DNA of 64,000 nucleotides from Hormiphora californensis (taxonomy: Eukaryota; Animalia; Ctenophora), in the NCBI GenBank assembly GCA_020137815.1, contig CM035353.1, positions 1,488,001 to 1,552,000 of the forward strand, read 5' to 3'. The position numbers were made by a program, and so were the translations under genes. The notes under the pieces were generated by a model. It was not told the origin of the DNA. It saw nothing but the letters and a program-made list of their open reading frames with translations, and did not search any database. This document shows positions 47,568 to 62,875 of the stretch, piece by piece. The number at the start of each line of letters is the position of its first letter. Positions within the stretch are counted from its first letter, which is position 1.

Positions 47568-49536
47568 TTAGAATCTAACAATGCACATATTATGTGCCAC
47601 ATAATGGGTGTCACGTGTCTTGTGGCACGTGCTGACATGATCTAAGTTAAAGAGCTTACTGGTGGATGGAACATTTCGGCGTGCTTACATTTCGATTCGA
47701 AATGAAAGCACGCCTGGGGGAGCTACATCATTATAGGCAGGTTATAATGATGATCCTGCTATAGAACGGAGTTTAGATCACGGTCCTGTAGAACAGATAA
47801 TTTTGAGTGGTGCATTCTGGAGCATATCACCATGGTGACGCTCCAGAATGCAGCTCAGTGAAACGGTAAGTTGACCATCTGCATTCAGTTATAGTTATTT
47901 ACCGTCACGTAGCTAATCACAATAGAGACATGATTTGAGGAACTAAGGACTCCCTCTCTCTCCTGAACACAAAGAAAGGTCTGTAAGTGTATGTGGTCGG
48001 TATAGTGGTTGACCGTGTATAAGGTCCAAATAAGGCACCTGGTAAAAAGCTTTTCTCAATCAAATTCAGCTTTTCAACACGAATCCAACGCAACCGAAAT
48101 CGCATTAGCTTTCTATCTCATCGGGAAGTACCGGGTCTGGCACCTTCGTTTTTGCATGTGGTCATTTTTCGGTGCACGAGCTATAGATGCACTTGCAGTG
48201 CTGTGTATTATGGTAGACAGTGATGAGTCATGAGAGGAAACACCAGGTTGGAGCCTTGACATATGTTCCAATTGTCTGTCAGTTCTCACACCGGACAGAA
48301 TGGACAGACTGAGTAGCAATAGCATGGCAATTGGAACCGTGCAGAGAAGTTTGTATGATGTTAGTACAATAGTACAGATGGACATGGACAGACATACACT
48401 GTATGATACAGTTGGCACTTGGCAGTGTGATCGTGATGTTCTGGGCAGCCAGATACAGGTGGATACGTGTGTGGAGAGTCCACAAATTGTATTGAAAAAG
48501 TGTTTCCAAAAATTGATTTTACCATTACCAATCTGAGATGTTCGCGAACATGCTTGAATAATAAGCATGTTTGGAAGCTCTCACATTAATAAATCCACCG
48601 CTAAAAAGTTCCTTTGCATCCCCTGGATGGGGCCTGCTCCCCCTGACCGTGGTTACAGCTGTCCCTGGCCCCGGTCGGACGTACAGGGACAGGGGACACG
48701 CTTAGCTGGTATCATGGACCAGCAGAGGACCAAGGCAAGGATCAACTGTGAAGTGGGAGTGGCGGCGCGCGCGTGAGCACCTTTCCCGTGAAGACAACTG
48801 CGCGCGAGAAACTTTCATCTGGTAAAAGTACCCGCGCGTTACACACAGTAAACAGAACCCTGATTGAGTCTAGAATCGAGTCGCGTCGAGCATTATTATA
48901 TGCTACTGCTGCAACAAGTCATGCATGCTGCGGTCCGTGTGTGCGATCTACATTGTGGTATTTGATATGTAGGGGCCGGGGCACCGGGAGAGCTGGTCGT
49001 CATGGTTCTAGAGATTGAATTGGGGGAGGGCCAGCTGGGAAGCATCACTACATATATTGATTAGAAAAGTATAATAAGACTATTTAGTTAGTTATAAAGA
49101 TAGTGAGGACTAATTTTGTCGATTAGTTATTAAAAAAAGAAACTGTCTGCTGTAACATATAGCTGTATAGAACCGATAATTTAAGTGACCATTTGGAGTA
49201 CAAACGCATTAAATGGCGTTCTCTGTCAGAATTATAGTAAAGAATATTATTCAAAGTTAGCTTGATCGCTATACAGTGCTCGATCTTTGCATGCAGAGAG
49301 CTATTTTAACATAAATCCAAAGAAAACGATGTTCCTATACGTAAGATTAAAATTGTTTTCTTTGAATTTGTGTAAAGAATATTACAGAAGAAGAATATTG
49401 TATCGCTACAAATTAGAACATCGACTGGAGCCTGTACCAGCTGTATACCTAATAGCTACCAATATAACATGTCTAGTCATGTATACACCATTGTAAAATT
49501 TTGAGATATAATATAATTCTTTAGGTAGCACTGCTT

Positions 49537-50412
<876 letters not shown>

Positions 50413-51782
50413 TAGGCATAATAAAATCCTACAATATACACCAATATAACATGTCTAGTCATGTATACATGTCTAATACACCTTAACAATGCAGTTTACC
50501 AATGGACCTATAGGAACATACTTGTGATTGAGTGAACACTAATATTACCTATGTACGGGAGTTGCCTTGCTCAAACCTGTCTCGTATCGCCCAGTTTGAC
50601 CAAAACAACAAGTACACATGGCTATACAGTTGTTGTTAGAGCTAATAAAATAAAGCAGGGGATACTCTAAAGCCGCTATTGCTCTGTTCCTTAATGATAT
50701 TATGTATCCTGGGTTTGCCTTGCCTTGTTCGACCCTCCCTCCACGCGGGTTCGAACAAAACAAGGTTTACCTCCACACGCGTGTTTTCACAGTTAAATTA
50801 AGCTAAGTCGGTATAACTCAGAATATAATGGGTGTTCACTGAACACACAGTCGGATTTTTTATTGTTCTCACCCCCTTTTTGCGTGTCTATCATCAATAT
50901 GTTAACGTGTGGTGCACGACTCAAAATTAATAAATTTCACATGTGTGTTCATCTGGGGGTGACTATCACTGGGTGTATTATATTCTGAGCTATACCGACC
51001 TAGCTTTTTAACTGTGAAAACACACACTTGTGTACTGTGTCGTGCGAGTAAGCCCATCACCACGTCTATATGAAACAAACAGACATACCGACACATATTT
51101 CTCTCCCAGTCATTCTCTTTCTCTCTCTCTCTCTCTCTTTCTTTCTCTCTCGATCAATCACGTGATCAATTAGTTTTCCGTTAATTTTGCAACTCGATAA
51201 TTCATTGGCAGTAAATCATCGCTGAATGATCTCAATATTCGATTCATTAGTTCTATTTCTTTCTCATATACTGTCTCTATTATACACATATATCAGTGAA
51301 TTAGGCTAGTCAGACTGACAAGCATTAGTATTATAACACCGATATACGAATAATGAGGGACAATGGGGGGCTACATTCTTAATAAAAGGTACAAGCTTTA
51401 CAAGTGTGCAGTCTTGTGCAATAACGAGAGCTAGAGTGTAGACCAATATTGACACAATGTACTGGACCAAGTGACACAAAGCTACTGTTTATGAGTAGTT
51501 GAGGGGGGAGTAGCATCTTACAGCAGCCCCTGTTATGTATATTGTATATATTGTTTTCAGCCAGGATGACTGGTGATATAAATAATATGACTGGTGATAA
51601 ATAAATAGAGAAAGAAATGTGAAGGACAAATATAGCAAGATTCGTGGAAATCCCAATCACCATGCGTCTTGAAATATGGTACAAACTTGTCTTGCTCTAC
51701 CCTGTCTCACCCCCCTCCCCATATTATAAGTGACCCCACACGATTTGAAAAATAAAAGGGTTGGAATAAAATAAGAACGAAC

Positions 51783-52607
51783 CTTGTGAATTTGGTTGGT
51801 AAGGCACACGTAAATTGAAAAGGTAGCAGTGAAAACGAGCAGACTAACATTTTCCAGCATCCACTGATCACCGCCTGAAACGCACCTGTGGAAAGTAAAC
51901 ATACAGATAATGATAGACAATGATATTTAATGAACTAATACATACTGAATTTGGTAAGTTAATAATTACAGAGATCAGAAAGATAGAAGGAGCAGAGGTA
52001 TCAGTATAATCGACTAAACTAGCATTCTTTATGATTCCTAAGTATTGTTTTCTGTTTTTGGTAGATAAGAGTTAACCTTATTAAAGTTTATCAAATTTTC
52101 GTGGACAGCATATTATGTAGAAGAGAATTGAGGGTTTATGAGGCGCAGAATCAGTAGAAGGAAGAAGGTATTCCGGCGAAGAGAGATAGAGAAAGTGAGA
52201 TAGTGAAAGAGAGATAGTGAAAGAGAGATAGAGAAAGTGAAATAGAGAAACAGAATATGTGATGCGAGTTTTGGAAAGATGCGACTGTTGTGCAACACAT
52301 AATATGCTGTAGTAGGAAGAATTGGTATTCCAGTGACCTCTGTTATAAGGGGCGATTCAAAAAGGACGTCCATGATTTTTTGTTGTTTGGGCCAGGGTAA
52401 ACTCAATACTAAGAGATACTTCTTGCAACACACATGTTAAATAGGGTAAACTCAATATTCACTCACATACCACACAACTCACATGTATAAGGCGGGGACG
52501 AGAACAGCATTAGCCAACATACAGTTATCTCCATTAGTCTCCACAATGTCGTGTTTAGTCATGGCTATAGGATCCACGTGGTGTTCCCGGAAGGGTCGAA
52601 TAAACGC
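51783..52607 (-). CDS. PEDS1: PEDS1/TMEM189 central exons 52607-52483 and 51885-51783
   Basis: [42 protein letters not shown]|[34 protein letters not shown] follows the PEDS1 signature ([13 protein letters not shown]...HD.IETNGDNC...TNQIHK); ends in phase 0 and joins WSH at 29139. Confidence 0.92.
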
Positions 52608-53490
52608 CTGGAAAGAGATGGGAGTTTGAGAGGTGGGCCGACCCGATCTAAGAGCACTTACACGCTCAGATTAAGTTTAGAGAATCAAATCGGGGTCTGG
52701 CGGTGCCAGACAGATAGAATCAGGGGATGTGTAGTTAGTGAGGGGTAAAAGGGTTAGGATCATTCTGGAGTTGTAGGAAGAGAAACGAACAACAAACTAT
52801 TTTTGAGCTAAATTAAATCGCCACTCCCCTGCTGCAGCACACCACCCCATACATCCCTCAACAAGAATTATTTGCATTATGTATACCCATAATGCTGTAT
52901 TTCCCTGCCCAACTTCAAGGATATAAACTTTGAGTCAAAGTTTGACAGCCGGCATGAGATCTGGATTGTGCCACGCCTGCTTCTAAGTGGATGCTGATAT
53001 GTGAGCCGGTAAAGCTGATGGGTTGACTAATTAGACTCCAGTTTCAAGGTTATGTGATATCATGTAGTATTCAAGTCGCAGTTCATGCCATTGTTACAAC
53101 TCAAAAGTGAACACTGTACAGTACAATGACGTAGGGCGCGGCGCCAAAGTTATAGACTTTCTTTGAAGTGAAACATAAACGTCCTGTGCGCGCACGAGTT
53201 TCCTGCAGGAGAAGCGCCTCGTGACATCATATTTCATCAAAACAATTAATTGATTTGATGAAGGAGCGTTGTCAAGCGTTGTCCGTGACGGACGGACACT
53301 TTTAGTTAACTACACAATCTGCTGATTTCTAAACCCTTTATGATCTTTTTAGCACGTGCGTGCTAAAAACATCATCCCGGGTAAATGCCCTTCGGGCATT
53401 CACCCGGGCAGGGAAAAAATAAAGTTTACTGTGGATTTGTATTATATCTGCCAGGGGTAGAGAAAAAGAGAGAATTCTCGAGAAATAGCC

Positions 53491-53524
<34 letters not shown>

Positions 53525-53795
53525 CCATATATGTCTGACGATTGTTCAATGTGAACAGTTATTGTCTGACAATCTCATTATCCCAAATTAACCAAATAAG
53601 TCTAGTATATACTATATGGACACGTACGACGTCTGGTTTTGAGGAACAATGATCAAAATGAATACAGATTACACTGTCCAAGATAGGGAAATGGTTGACG
53701 CACTTTGAAACTGGGGAATCTAGATGTCCAAGATTCGAAGATGTGACGATATGGTGCAACTAAATCTAGCTAGGAACGTTTGACTGACGTGTTTT

Positions 53796-54044
53796 ATGAA
53801 GGAGTCATACTTTATCCCAATCGGAACATTCGGACCAGAAGCAGAGCGGTTCTACAAGCGTCTGGCTGGCTTGTACTCGGTTAAGTCGAAACAAAGCTAT
53901 AATGACGCCATTAGATACATTAGATTACGATTATCATTTTGCATCCTCAAATCAGTACTCATTCAAATTCGAGGCTACCGAGGGTCTCTACCATTCTATC
54001 CTGATCTAATAGATATGAATCTAGTACCTTTATTCCTTTTATAA
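53796..54044 (+). pseudogene. 3' fragment of a CRE-like (restriction-like endonuclease) non-LTR retrotransposon
   Basis: GTFGPEAERFYKRLAGLYSVKSKQSYNDAIRYIRLRLSFCILKSVLIQIRGYR resembles the GxEAxxFxKxLA...YS...RxRLSF...RGxR C-terminus of CRE-type elements. Confidence 0.6.
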
Positions 54045-54255
54045 ATCACGTTTTTAGTATAACCTATTTCTATATATTTTGCGAGATGTTGTATAACATG
54101 ACATTATAAATTTGTTCTATCTTTTCCCAATTCATTGTCATTTTGATCTTTGTCTACTGATGATTGGTGCCTCCTCGTGGGGCATCATGAAACATGTGTA
54201 AAGACCTTAAAAACTTCCGTTGTTTTTAATTTGTATAATATTTATACTATATTAA

Positions 54256-54665
<410 letters not shown>

Positions 54666-55737
54666 TTAATTTAGGTCCCTTTTTGGTTTCGCAGCATGAC
54701 ATTATTTCATGATGTAATATTGTCGAAATGATGCGCTATATGAGAAACGAGACGAATTTCTGTGAAAATCGTATTTTAGACGTCATAATGACGTCATTTG
54801 ACGTAATTAGTGACATTGTAACGACGTAATTGCATCACGATATATTTTGAATCAATACCCCAAAGGAGCTTGTAAAGTTTCATTGACCACAGTGGTCAGG
54901 AAAGGGAGTTTTTGCTCGAAAAACGTTCAATTTGCTGAATTTTTCGTCAAATTTTTGACTTCCGACGCGATTTAAGGGCTCAAAATGATAAGCTAAGAAA
55001 ATTCGCCATATAGTATCTGAAAGTTCAGACGATTTGCCGGTAACGATTTTTCGTCAAATCAGAAATCGGAACACGTCTTCAGGGTGCTAGAGGCGTTTGA
55101 AAAAAGTTAGTCGGTCTCGCGCAATGACGTCACTCGTGACGTCATTGCGCGCGTCATAGGTAAGATGGAGAGTCGCCACCCAGATGGGTACATGCACGAG
55201 ACAATTGTCTGTCGAATGCCGCTTGGTTTGAGGTCGTACGATGTCTGGTTCGTCTCAAACAGGGACCAAACGGAAGGTAACAAAGCGTCTATACATCTAT
55301 CTATCTATCTATGTATGTATGTATGTATCAACCTAGTTATCCCCACACTGAATTTTCTGTTTTGGGGGTGGTGTTATAACTTTTGAACAAAAAGAGCTAG
55401 CCACTTGAAATTTTTACCATCGATAGAGGTCTACAAGAAGCTTCTAAGTACAAAATTTCAGCTTCCTAGCTCTTCCGGTTCGGGAGTTATGGCATGTCAA
55501 AAAGTGCCAAAATGGGCTAAAAGTATGAAATAACTATATATACGCTGTGAGCAAGCGGGCCGTTTTTGGGGGGAATTCTTTTCGGGGGATGGATGGGGTC
55601 ACCTTTGCGCTTGCCAGCGCAGTGATATACTATAGTCTAGTAGTTATGTGTTATATGTATTGTCACTGTGCTGGCAAATGCAAAGATTTCAACTCCTCAG
55701 ACCCCATATCCCAAAAGCGCCTACAGAATCACAGATA

Positions 55738-56162
55738 CTGTAAAACCAGATATTTCCACGACCATTAATTTTCGCGATTCGATCAAAATCGACTATTTTC
55801 GTGGTTTTAATTTTCGCTAATCCCACTGCCACCCCCATTTCACGGTCCTAGTCTATTGTCTAATTACGCCATGAGACACCAGACCTGCATAGCCAATCAG
55901 GGATGAGACAGAAAAGGCTCGCTCTCATTGGCTTACAACTCCAACTGAATCCCTCGCCACGTATAAGAGCAGTGGTCACATAATCCCATCTACAATGCTC
56001 AAGTTTCTTTACAAGCTCAAAGATAGCCAGCAATAATTTGCACGAGTTTTTTGTAAAAAATCGTCCAAAATATTTTCGCGGAATTAATTTTCGCGGATTT
56101 TCCAGTACAGCCAAAAATAAAGAGCGAAAATTAAATCCCCACGAAAATTAATGGTTTTACAG
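55738..56162. mobile_element. MITE with CTGTAAAACC TIR and TTAATTTTCGC subrepeats
   Basis: TA|CTGTAAAACC ... GGTTTTACAG. Confidence 0.65.
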
Positions 56163-56360
56163 AATACGTGTATGGGTGTCTGCCGTCTGGCCCTTTTTGT
56201 GCCAAAAGGTGGAGACCTGATTTCACTAGCTGGTCGATCAACTGAATGTGCGTTAGGCGGGGTGATTGGTTCAAACAATAATAGCATGCATAATGTACAG
56301 TAGTAGCTGCTCATAACAAGTATTTAGCTGTGCCTGAATAATTGTCAGACGCGATATATA

Positions 56361-56489
56361 ACAGCGTATCCTATCTCGTTACTGCAATATTGTGTTGAAT
56401 AGAGTTTTGAGAGGGAGAATTGGAGTGTGTGTACTACACACTCTCCAATTCTCTCAAAACTCTATTCAACACAAGATAGGATACACTGT
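56361..56489. mobile_element. Short foldback element
   Basis: TGTGTTGAATAGAGTTTTGAGAG...CTCTCAAAACTCTATTCAACACA with paired outer arms. Confidence 0.7.
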
Positions 56490-57132
56490 GTGTGCTAAGT
56501 GAAAATTTTGTCGACTTGGCCAATAGTTTAAGGGTAGATATGAAACTATGGACAATTGTCTACTACATCCTGAAAACGGAATTGGGCCGGGGTGGGGGGG
56601 GGGGGGGCACTGCGTGTGCGAACAATATATGACGGAGCACCACTGTTATTGATGAAGATATTCTTTCTATGGTGTGAATATGGGGTCCAAACTCCGAACT
56701 CAGACTGTTAATCGATATTTAAAACCAAAAATAAGTGTTGATCATGAACTTAATGAACAATAACAATGAACAGCAACGTATTTAACAAAGCTTCAAGACG
56801 ACTCACAACTAGTAATTGGCAAACAATAAAATAGTGCAGTGTCCACATCACAGTTTTTATCTATTAGTATTATCTGCGGGGTAGCGCCTGACTACGCTGC
56901 AGAGAAATCTGTACCGGAAGGACCGTGGCTGACGCGATTGAAAGGGATATCAGCACCCCCTGCAATGGATTTATCCTAGCTGGCCTGCTTTGCTTATTAT
57001 CACGGCTAATCTTTGTTTCATTCCAGCTGTTTGAAACTTCAGCGACTGTTAAAATGAGTGAGATACTAATTAGCATTACCAAACCATCACGGCACCTTCT
57101 ACATAATAAAAATCATCCTTATTTAAATCAAC

Positions 57133-60100
57133 TCAAGGCTCACCTATGACTGGACTACTGGCACTCCTTCGAATGGAATTGACGGGGCAACTAACAATCA
57201 AAGAATCATTATATTCTGTGATTCTTCCCTCAAAAAGCCTTTCAGGGCAAGAAACCCTCCTTCCTTTAGCATGGCAGGCCTCTTTGCTATCTTCTTTCTG
57301 TCTAGAGGAGCCCTGGTCATCTAAGTCACCTGTGACTCCTTCTTCTATATTACCGAGAGAGCCTGCCTTCTTTATCCGGTTCCATATCCCCGACATGAAT
57401 GATGTCATCTTGTGGAGATCCATCAACTCTGTGATTCTCGTATAGAGATCTGAGTATAGTATTGGATTCAGCACGGAGTTAAGGGGTAGTATTGCAATGG
57501 AAAATATCGAGTACCATGGTGTCATATCTACCACCTCGGCCGTGTGAAGGACACAGCACACGAGAAAGGGGACCCAGCAACAGAAATCCGTGAGGATTAT
57601 AGCCGTTATTTTACCCTGAAGTTTCCTGTTACGATCTGCAACATCAACAGATTGTGTTTCCCTGCTGGTCAGAATGGCAATTGCAACGTGACATACCATC
57701 ACTACAATCAAGCAGACACAGTTTATGACAAGACCCAAGCCCCAAACGAATCCTGCTTGAGGCTCACTCCAAAGGACAAAGTACTTGAAGATACATGAGG
57801 CGTCATTACCATAAAATGACTGCTTCGTCCCCTGGACACCCTTTATGTCACTGGTAAACATGGCTCTAACGGCCTGTCTGATGACCTCCCAGCTGATATC
57901 ATGTCCAGCCTCGCTTTTAGAAGACCTTACTTCTTTTCCCATATACCCTTGGATGATGGAAAGATGTTTTACCTTGTCCACAAACCCAGTAAAGATCTTA
58001 ATATCTCTGGGATAAACGAGCCCATTAACGAACCTATCCTCCAGAGCCGGGAAGAGTGGAACACAGGCAATCAGACTAGATAACAGTACAATCCCGCACT
58101 GGATAGAGTAGATTTTCCATCTAAACCTTCGGCCAACTTCCACGGCCCTCTGAAACCGTAGGGCAAGTAACGTTCCCCTAAGTCGAAAGCAACTTAAAAA
58201 CGCCATTGAAAGGGAAGAAACTCCACTTCCAGTTGCGGTCATGACACCAAATAGTACACATGGGACGCTCGTTAACCACTCAAGTTGTTGTGTACAGTAC
58301 TCCGAGCCGTAAACCAGATGACGGACTGATAGGGCAGCTAGGTAAACACTTGTTAACGTGTCACCTAGCGTGATCATAGTTGCAAACGACTGATGCACGA
58401 ACACTCCTTGGGTTTTTGCTGGTACGGTAAAAAATACAGATTTGCTTAGAATATAAAGATTCAGTCCCAACCCTGCGCTACCATATACTCCTGCGATAAT
58501 TGTAAGACCCGTGTTTTTGATAAGCTTTCTAGAACACCTCTCGTTACACTCATCAGACAAATCTTGACAGTCAAATTTTCCATCACAAACTTGGCTAAGA
58601 ACCAAAAACCGGGCACCACACTTGAAATTGTTGGAGCAACTTCCTTCATCTGATGCGTCACCACAATCATCTATTGTGTCACATACCGCCGAGTAGGAGA
58701 CACACTTTTCGTTTCCGCAAACAAAAAAGTTGTTATGGTAGTGATTCTTAGTGGATGCTACGATTGTCAATGTTCCGGAATCTGAAATAGATAGAACTCG
58801 CTTTTTAATGTTAGAGCAAGAGTTGTATAGCACTGGCCGAGAAATCAGAGGACACTTTGCATTACTACACAAGCCACTACACGCGAATAGCACATACTGA
58901 TCACCAAAGTAAAATCTACAATCCTTTTTCGTTTTGTCTGTAATGATTGCTAAACTCTTTTCCATGCCAAAAAACCCGCTGAAGGTTTTGTACTGATCAA
59001 CTGCAACTCTAGAACACTCAATTCCGCTACTTTTTGCGAAGTGTTCGAGGCCCAACAAACAATTCGGAGAAATCTTTGTAAAGCCAATGGGATCAGAAGC
59101 CAGCATGTTAAACTTTTCTGGATGAACACTCCCAGCCTGACGACACATGACCATCTCATTGCCACAGCTATCTATCGTATCACAAACTTCTGTTAATTCA
59201 GCATACCCTTCCTTTCGTTCATCACACCACCAAACCTCAGTACAATTATCCTTATGATCTCGATATCGTGTAGTGAGCCCATGACCACAGGTAATCCAGT
59301 GCCCCTGCCGTTCATCTATATCATCCTGACAATCAAAATCACCGTCGAGAACCCAGTTAAAAGGAACTCTCTGCAGTCCTCGATGGAAGTTAAACCTTCG
59401 GACGCACTTCTTGGCGGAGAGCAAGCATCCCCGCTCATCTGCCCCGGTTACACAATCATCAACCCCATCACAAACAAAGTGCTTGTGTAGCTTACAGAAT
59501 GGCCCCAACTCAGGACACCTGGAATCGAGGCCATCATCGCAAATAACCACTCCATAATCAATATTCGGCCCATACTTCAATTTGCACACAAAATATATCG
59601 ATATAGTGGTGGGGTATCCACTGACTAGACAGCTACCAGCTACACGTAACGGGTCACTACAGTTGGTCTGATCATGTCCATTTATGCAGTTAGAATAATA
59701 ACGATCAATAATAACGCCTCTAGATGACTCGTACTGGAATGGGAAACACCGCGACCCATTGAACAAATAGAACTTATTCCTGTCCACTATGAACGTATCG
59801 CCCCCATAATAGCGACAAAATGAATCTGAAAAGTTGAAGCTGTTTATCAAATGATGGTCTGCACTTCTCTTTTTTGGAGCGACTGCCCAAAAGTTAATAT
59901 ACCAGGTGATATCAAACATCATATCAAGTGAAGCATTAGGGAAGAGAGACAAGTAGGATAGCCCATTACATCGAATCTCATCCAGGCAACTCTTACTTCC
60001 GAACCTAACTTTGTCAATGTTATGGTGAATGTTGCAAACACCATTGCAAATCTGGTCGTTGTAATACGTGAACACAAGATCTTCATTAACAACAACATCT

Positions 60101-61069
60101 GTCAAGCTGTCCGGGTCATCATAGGACATTTGTGAAAACTTGCAATTATAACTGGTTGAGTTGTGCATCGGTCGGTAATCTCCGTCAACTTTACACCATT
60201 CCCCACACTGGGGGAAAGATCCTCGAAGTTGTTGATTTCGATCGGACATAGATCGTGCAAAACACGCCTAGGGTTAAAATATGGTTAATTATAAGGATAC
60301 CTTACTATCTTTTTTAAGCAACGGCTTACTAAAAAACTTTTGCATAGGAAACTTTTAAAATTTAAATCACCTGATACAAATAGGTATCGTTCGGGCACAG
60401 TGAATTGACGCCAGCAATCTGACCTCTATTCCCAACAATAAATTGGCGTGACATCTGAGAAAAGGATAAATTTTTTACCCGGATGATGTTTTTAGCGGTG
60501 GGCGGACTCTAGTACATAACGGACTCTATATCTAAACCCAAGGAGGACTCTATATCTAACCCTAACCTTTACACTAACCCCTATAGTGTGCGGACTAGTG
60601 CTAAAATCACGAAAAGTGAACTCGAGATTTTGGCCGAAATCTCGAGTTCACTTTTCGTGATTTTAGCACTAGTCCGCACACCGTTTTTAGCACGCACGGG
60701 TTTAGAAATCTTTCCACTCACACTTTGTTTCATGCAACAAAGTAAATAAAATGATTGTTAATATTTGAATTTTGTACACTGCACTGTAACGGTAGTCTAA
60801 TCTACATAAAATACCTGGTAACGTTTAGTAGAATTGTGACATTGTAGATTGTATTCTTTGTAAACTGTAGTATGACAGACCCTCTTTAGGAAACCTTCAT
60901 GATTCTTAATAGGGCAGTCTGCTGTAGAGCCATTGATGGTAGAAGCACCACTCGATTCAAGGTTATCTCTGGAATCAACTGTTAAACCGCTGACATTGAT
61001 ACGCTCTGAAGGGTCAAACTGGGCTGCGACGACTGTTATAATAGTGTAGGAGATATACAGGAATCCCAT
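57133..61069 (-). CDS. Second LDLa-repeat GPCR (GRL101-like, no LRRs), 3 exons, ~1157 aa
   Basis: Exons 61069-60815 (signal peptide MGFLYISYTIITVVAA), 60454-60371, 60267-57133, all phase 0 GT-AG. The spliced LCPNDTYLYQ|AC aligns to ICPDDPTSYQLC of the paralog; LDLa modules and 7TM (LNLYIL, TLGDTL, TDFCCWVP, PLNSVLNPILY). Confidence 0.93.
60586..60681. repeat. 96-bp near-perfect palindrome in GPCR intron 1
   Basis: 45-bp perfect arms GTGTGCGGACTAGTGCTAAAATCACGAAAAGTGAACTCGAGATTT around TGGCCG. Confidence 0.9.
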
Positions 61070-61270
61070 AAAGCTCTGGTCTCATCGAGTCACACGACAA
61101 CAATTTAGATCTATGAGAGCTGGATCTCTTTGAAATGACCTTTTATCATCCCTTGAATGAGAGGGAGAGAGAGAGAGAGACAGATAGAGAGCAGATACAT
61201 AGGTACCAAATACAATAGTGATAAGACTCTAACAACAGTATGAGGCGTGCTTGTCATATCATTTTTATCA

Positions 61271-61331
61271 AAAAAGGTCTGATCAAAGTAAAAAGGTCTG
61301 ATCAAAGTAAAAAGGTCTGATCAAAGTAAAA
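61271..61331. repeat. 20-bp tandem repeat x3 (AAAAAGGTCTGATCAAAGTA)
   Basis: Read directly. Confidence 0.9.
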
Positions 61332-62075
61332 CTTTTTTGTTGTTCTTGTTGCTACCTCTCAAAGCATCAGACTTGATTGTAGCCGGCTTGGGGTCGCCTG
61401 CAGCTCAATTGTAAAGACAGATGTTGACATGGAGGTGTTATTGGGGTAGTGTATGTCAATTACGTGGGCCAGGCGATTAAAAAAGTTTACTTTTATACCG
61501 AAAAAAGGAAAATATGTGTGTTTTACACCAGTGTTTGGCATGTTCTTGATATCAACTTTTTATGGTCAGGGTCGTGTTCAGCGGTTTGATACCGATCAGA
61601 ATGGATGTGTATCATGAAAGTTAGCCAAAGTTCATTTTTGACCTGAAAATGTTCATTTTGGACCAAACATGTTCATTTTTGACTAAAAATGTTCATTTTG
61701 GTAATTTTCTTCAATTTTGAGAGCTTTTTCATGAACGGGATCGTGTTCAGCAGGTCAAAATTAGTCGGTTACAACCGGAATTTGCTTTCCGACAAACAAA
61801 ATCTCAAAAAGTTAAAATGCGTCTCCACTAATACTGCAAAGTAGGAAAATGTGCAAGAAAAAAAGATGAAAAAAAAAAATGTTTTCATTATAAAATGAAG
61901 TTCTGAAGGTGCATACTGGAAAGAATGGTTGTACTGGTTCTCATGAGGCGATTCATATGTGTGGTTTTTTCGAAATAACGCCCCAAAAAACATTTTTTGA
62001 TATGAATTATATGCCCATATATGGGCATACATCGGCCCACGTAATTGGGCCAGGGTAGGACTAAAATTTTTAGCT

Positions 62076-62687
62076 ATTGGGTGCGCCTCAAGTAAGGGTT
62101 TTTTGATAACCCACCCGGCTTCGCCGGGTGATTCTTTTCGCCACTTTCAACGTCAATAACACGGTTGTCATGGCAACTGAATTGGTAACTATGGGGACTT
62201 GCATGTTAAAAGTCATTAGAAAATATTAATAAACTTCCACTGGAAGTTCATAAAGTGTGAGCAACAGCTTTAAAGCTTTGGGCATATAAAGTGTTTTATG
62301 AAGGAGCAGCCTGTCGCTTAGATACCGCCTAACGAACGACTTCGACTTCGACGTTCATCTCCAAATTATAATAGAGACTAGCGCACCCATTGGGTGCGCC
62401 TCAATATAAGGGCTTTTTGTTAACCCACCCGGCTTCGCCGGGTGGTTCTTTTCGCCCCTTTCAACGTTAATAACACGGTTGCCATGGCAACTGAATTGGT
62501 AACTATGGTGACTGGCCTGTTAAAAGCCATTCGAAATATTGAGAAACTTCCATTGGAAGTTCCAAAAGTGTAAGCAACAGCTTTACAGCTTTGGGCACAT
62601 ATAGTGTTTTATGAAGGAGCAGTCTGTCGCGTAGATACCGCCTAACGAACGACTTCGACGACGTTCATCTCCAAATTATAATATAGA
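62076..62687 (-). mobile_element. Head-to-tail dimer of a ~310-bp non-autonomous Helitron
   Basis: On the - strand: A|TCTATATTATAA start at 62687; hairpins ACCCGGCGAAGCCGGGT and GCGCACCCAATGGGTGCGC ending in CTAG (62381-62378); immediately followed by TCTCTATTATAA, the start of copy 2, which is truncated in its 3' hairpin. Confidence 0.7.
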
Positions 62688-62779
62688 TGATCGTAGGAAC
62701 TCATTCTAGGGGTAAACTATGTGAAAATTGGATTTGATTTACGAGTTGGGAAAAATAGCACACCCTGTGTAGGCGTTAC

Positions 62780-62875
62780 TGCAAAACATGAACCTATATT
62801 ATAATAAGGCTGTGCACACCTGTTGTTGCAAAACATGAACCTATATTATAATAAGGCTGTGCACACCTGTTGCAA
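62780..62875. repeat. ~47-bp tandem duplication
   Basis: TGCAAAACATGAACCTATATTATAATAAGGCTGTGCACACCTGTTG twice. Confidence 0.85.

Noticed and set aside
47917-49018. Cluster of short ORFs upstream of GPCR 1
   Set aside because: No recognisable domain or consistent splice pattern; possibly a decayed element.
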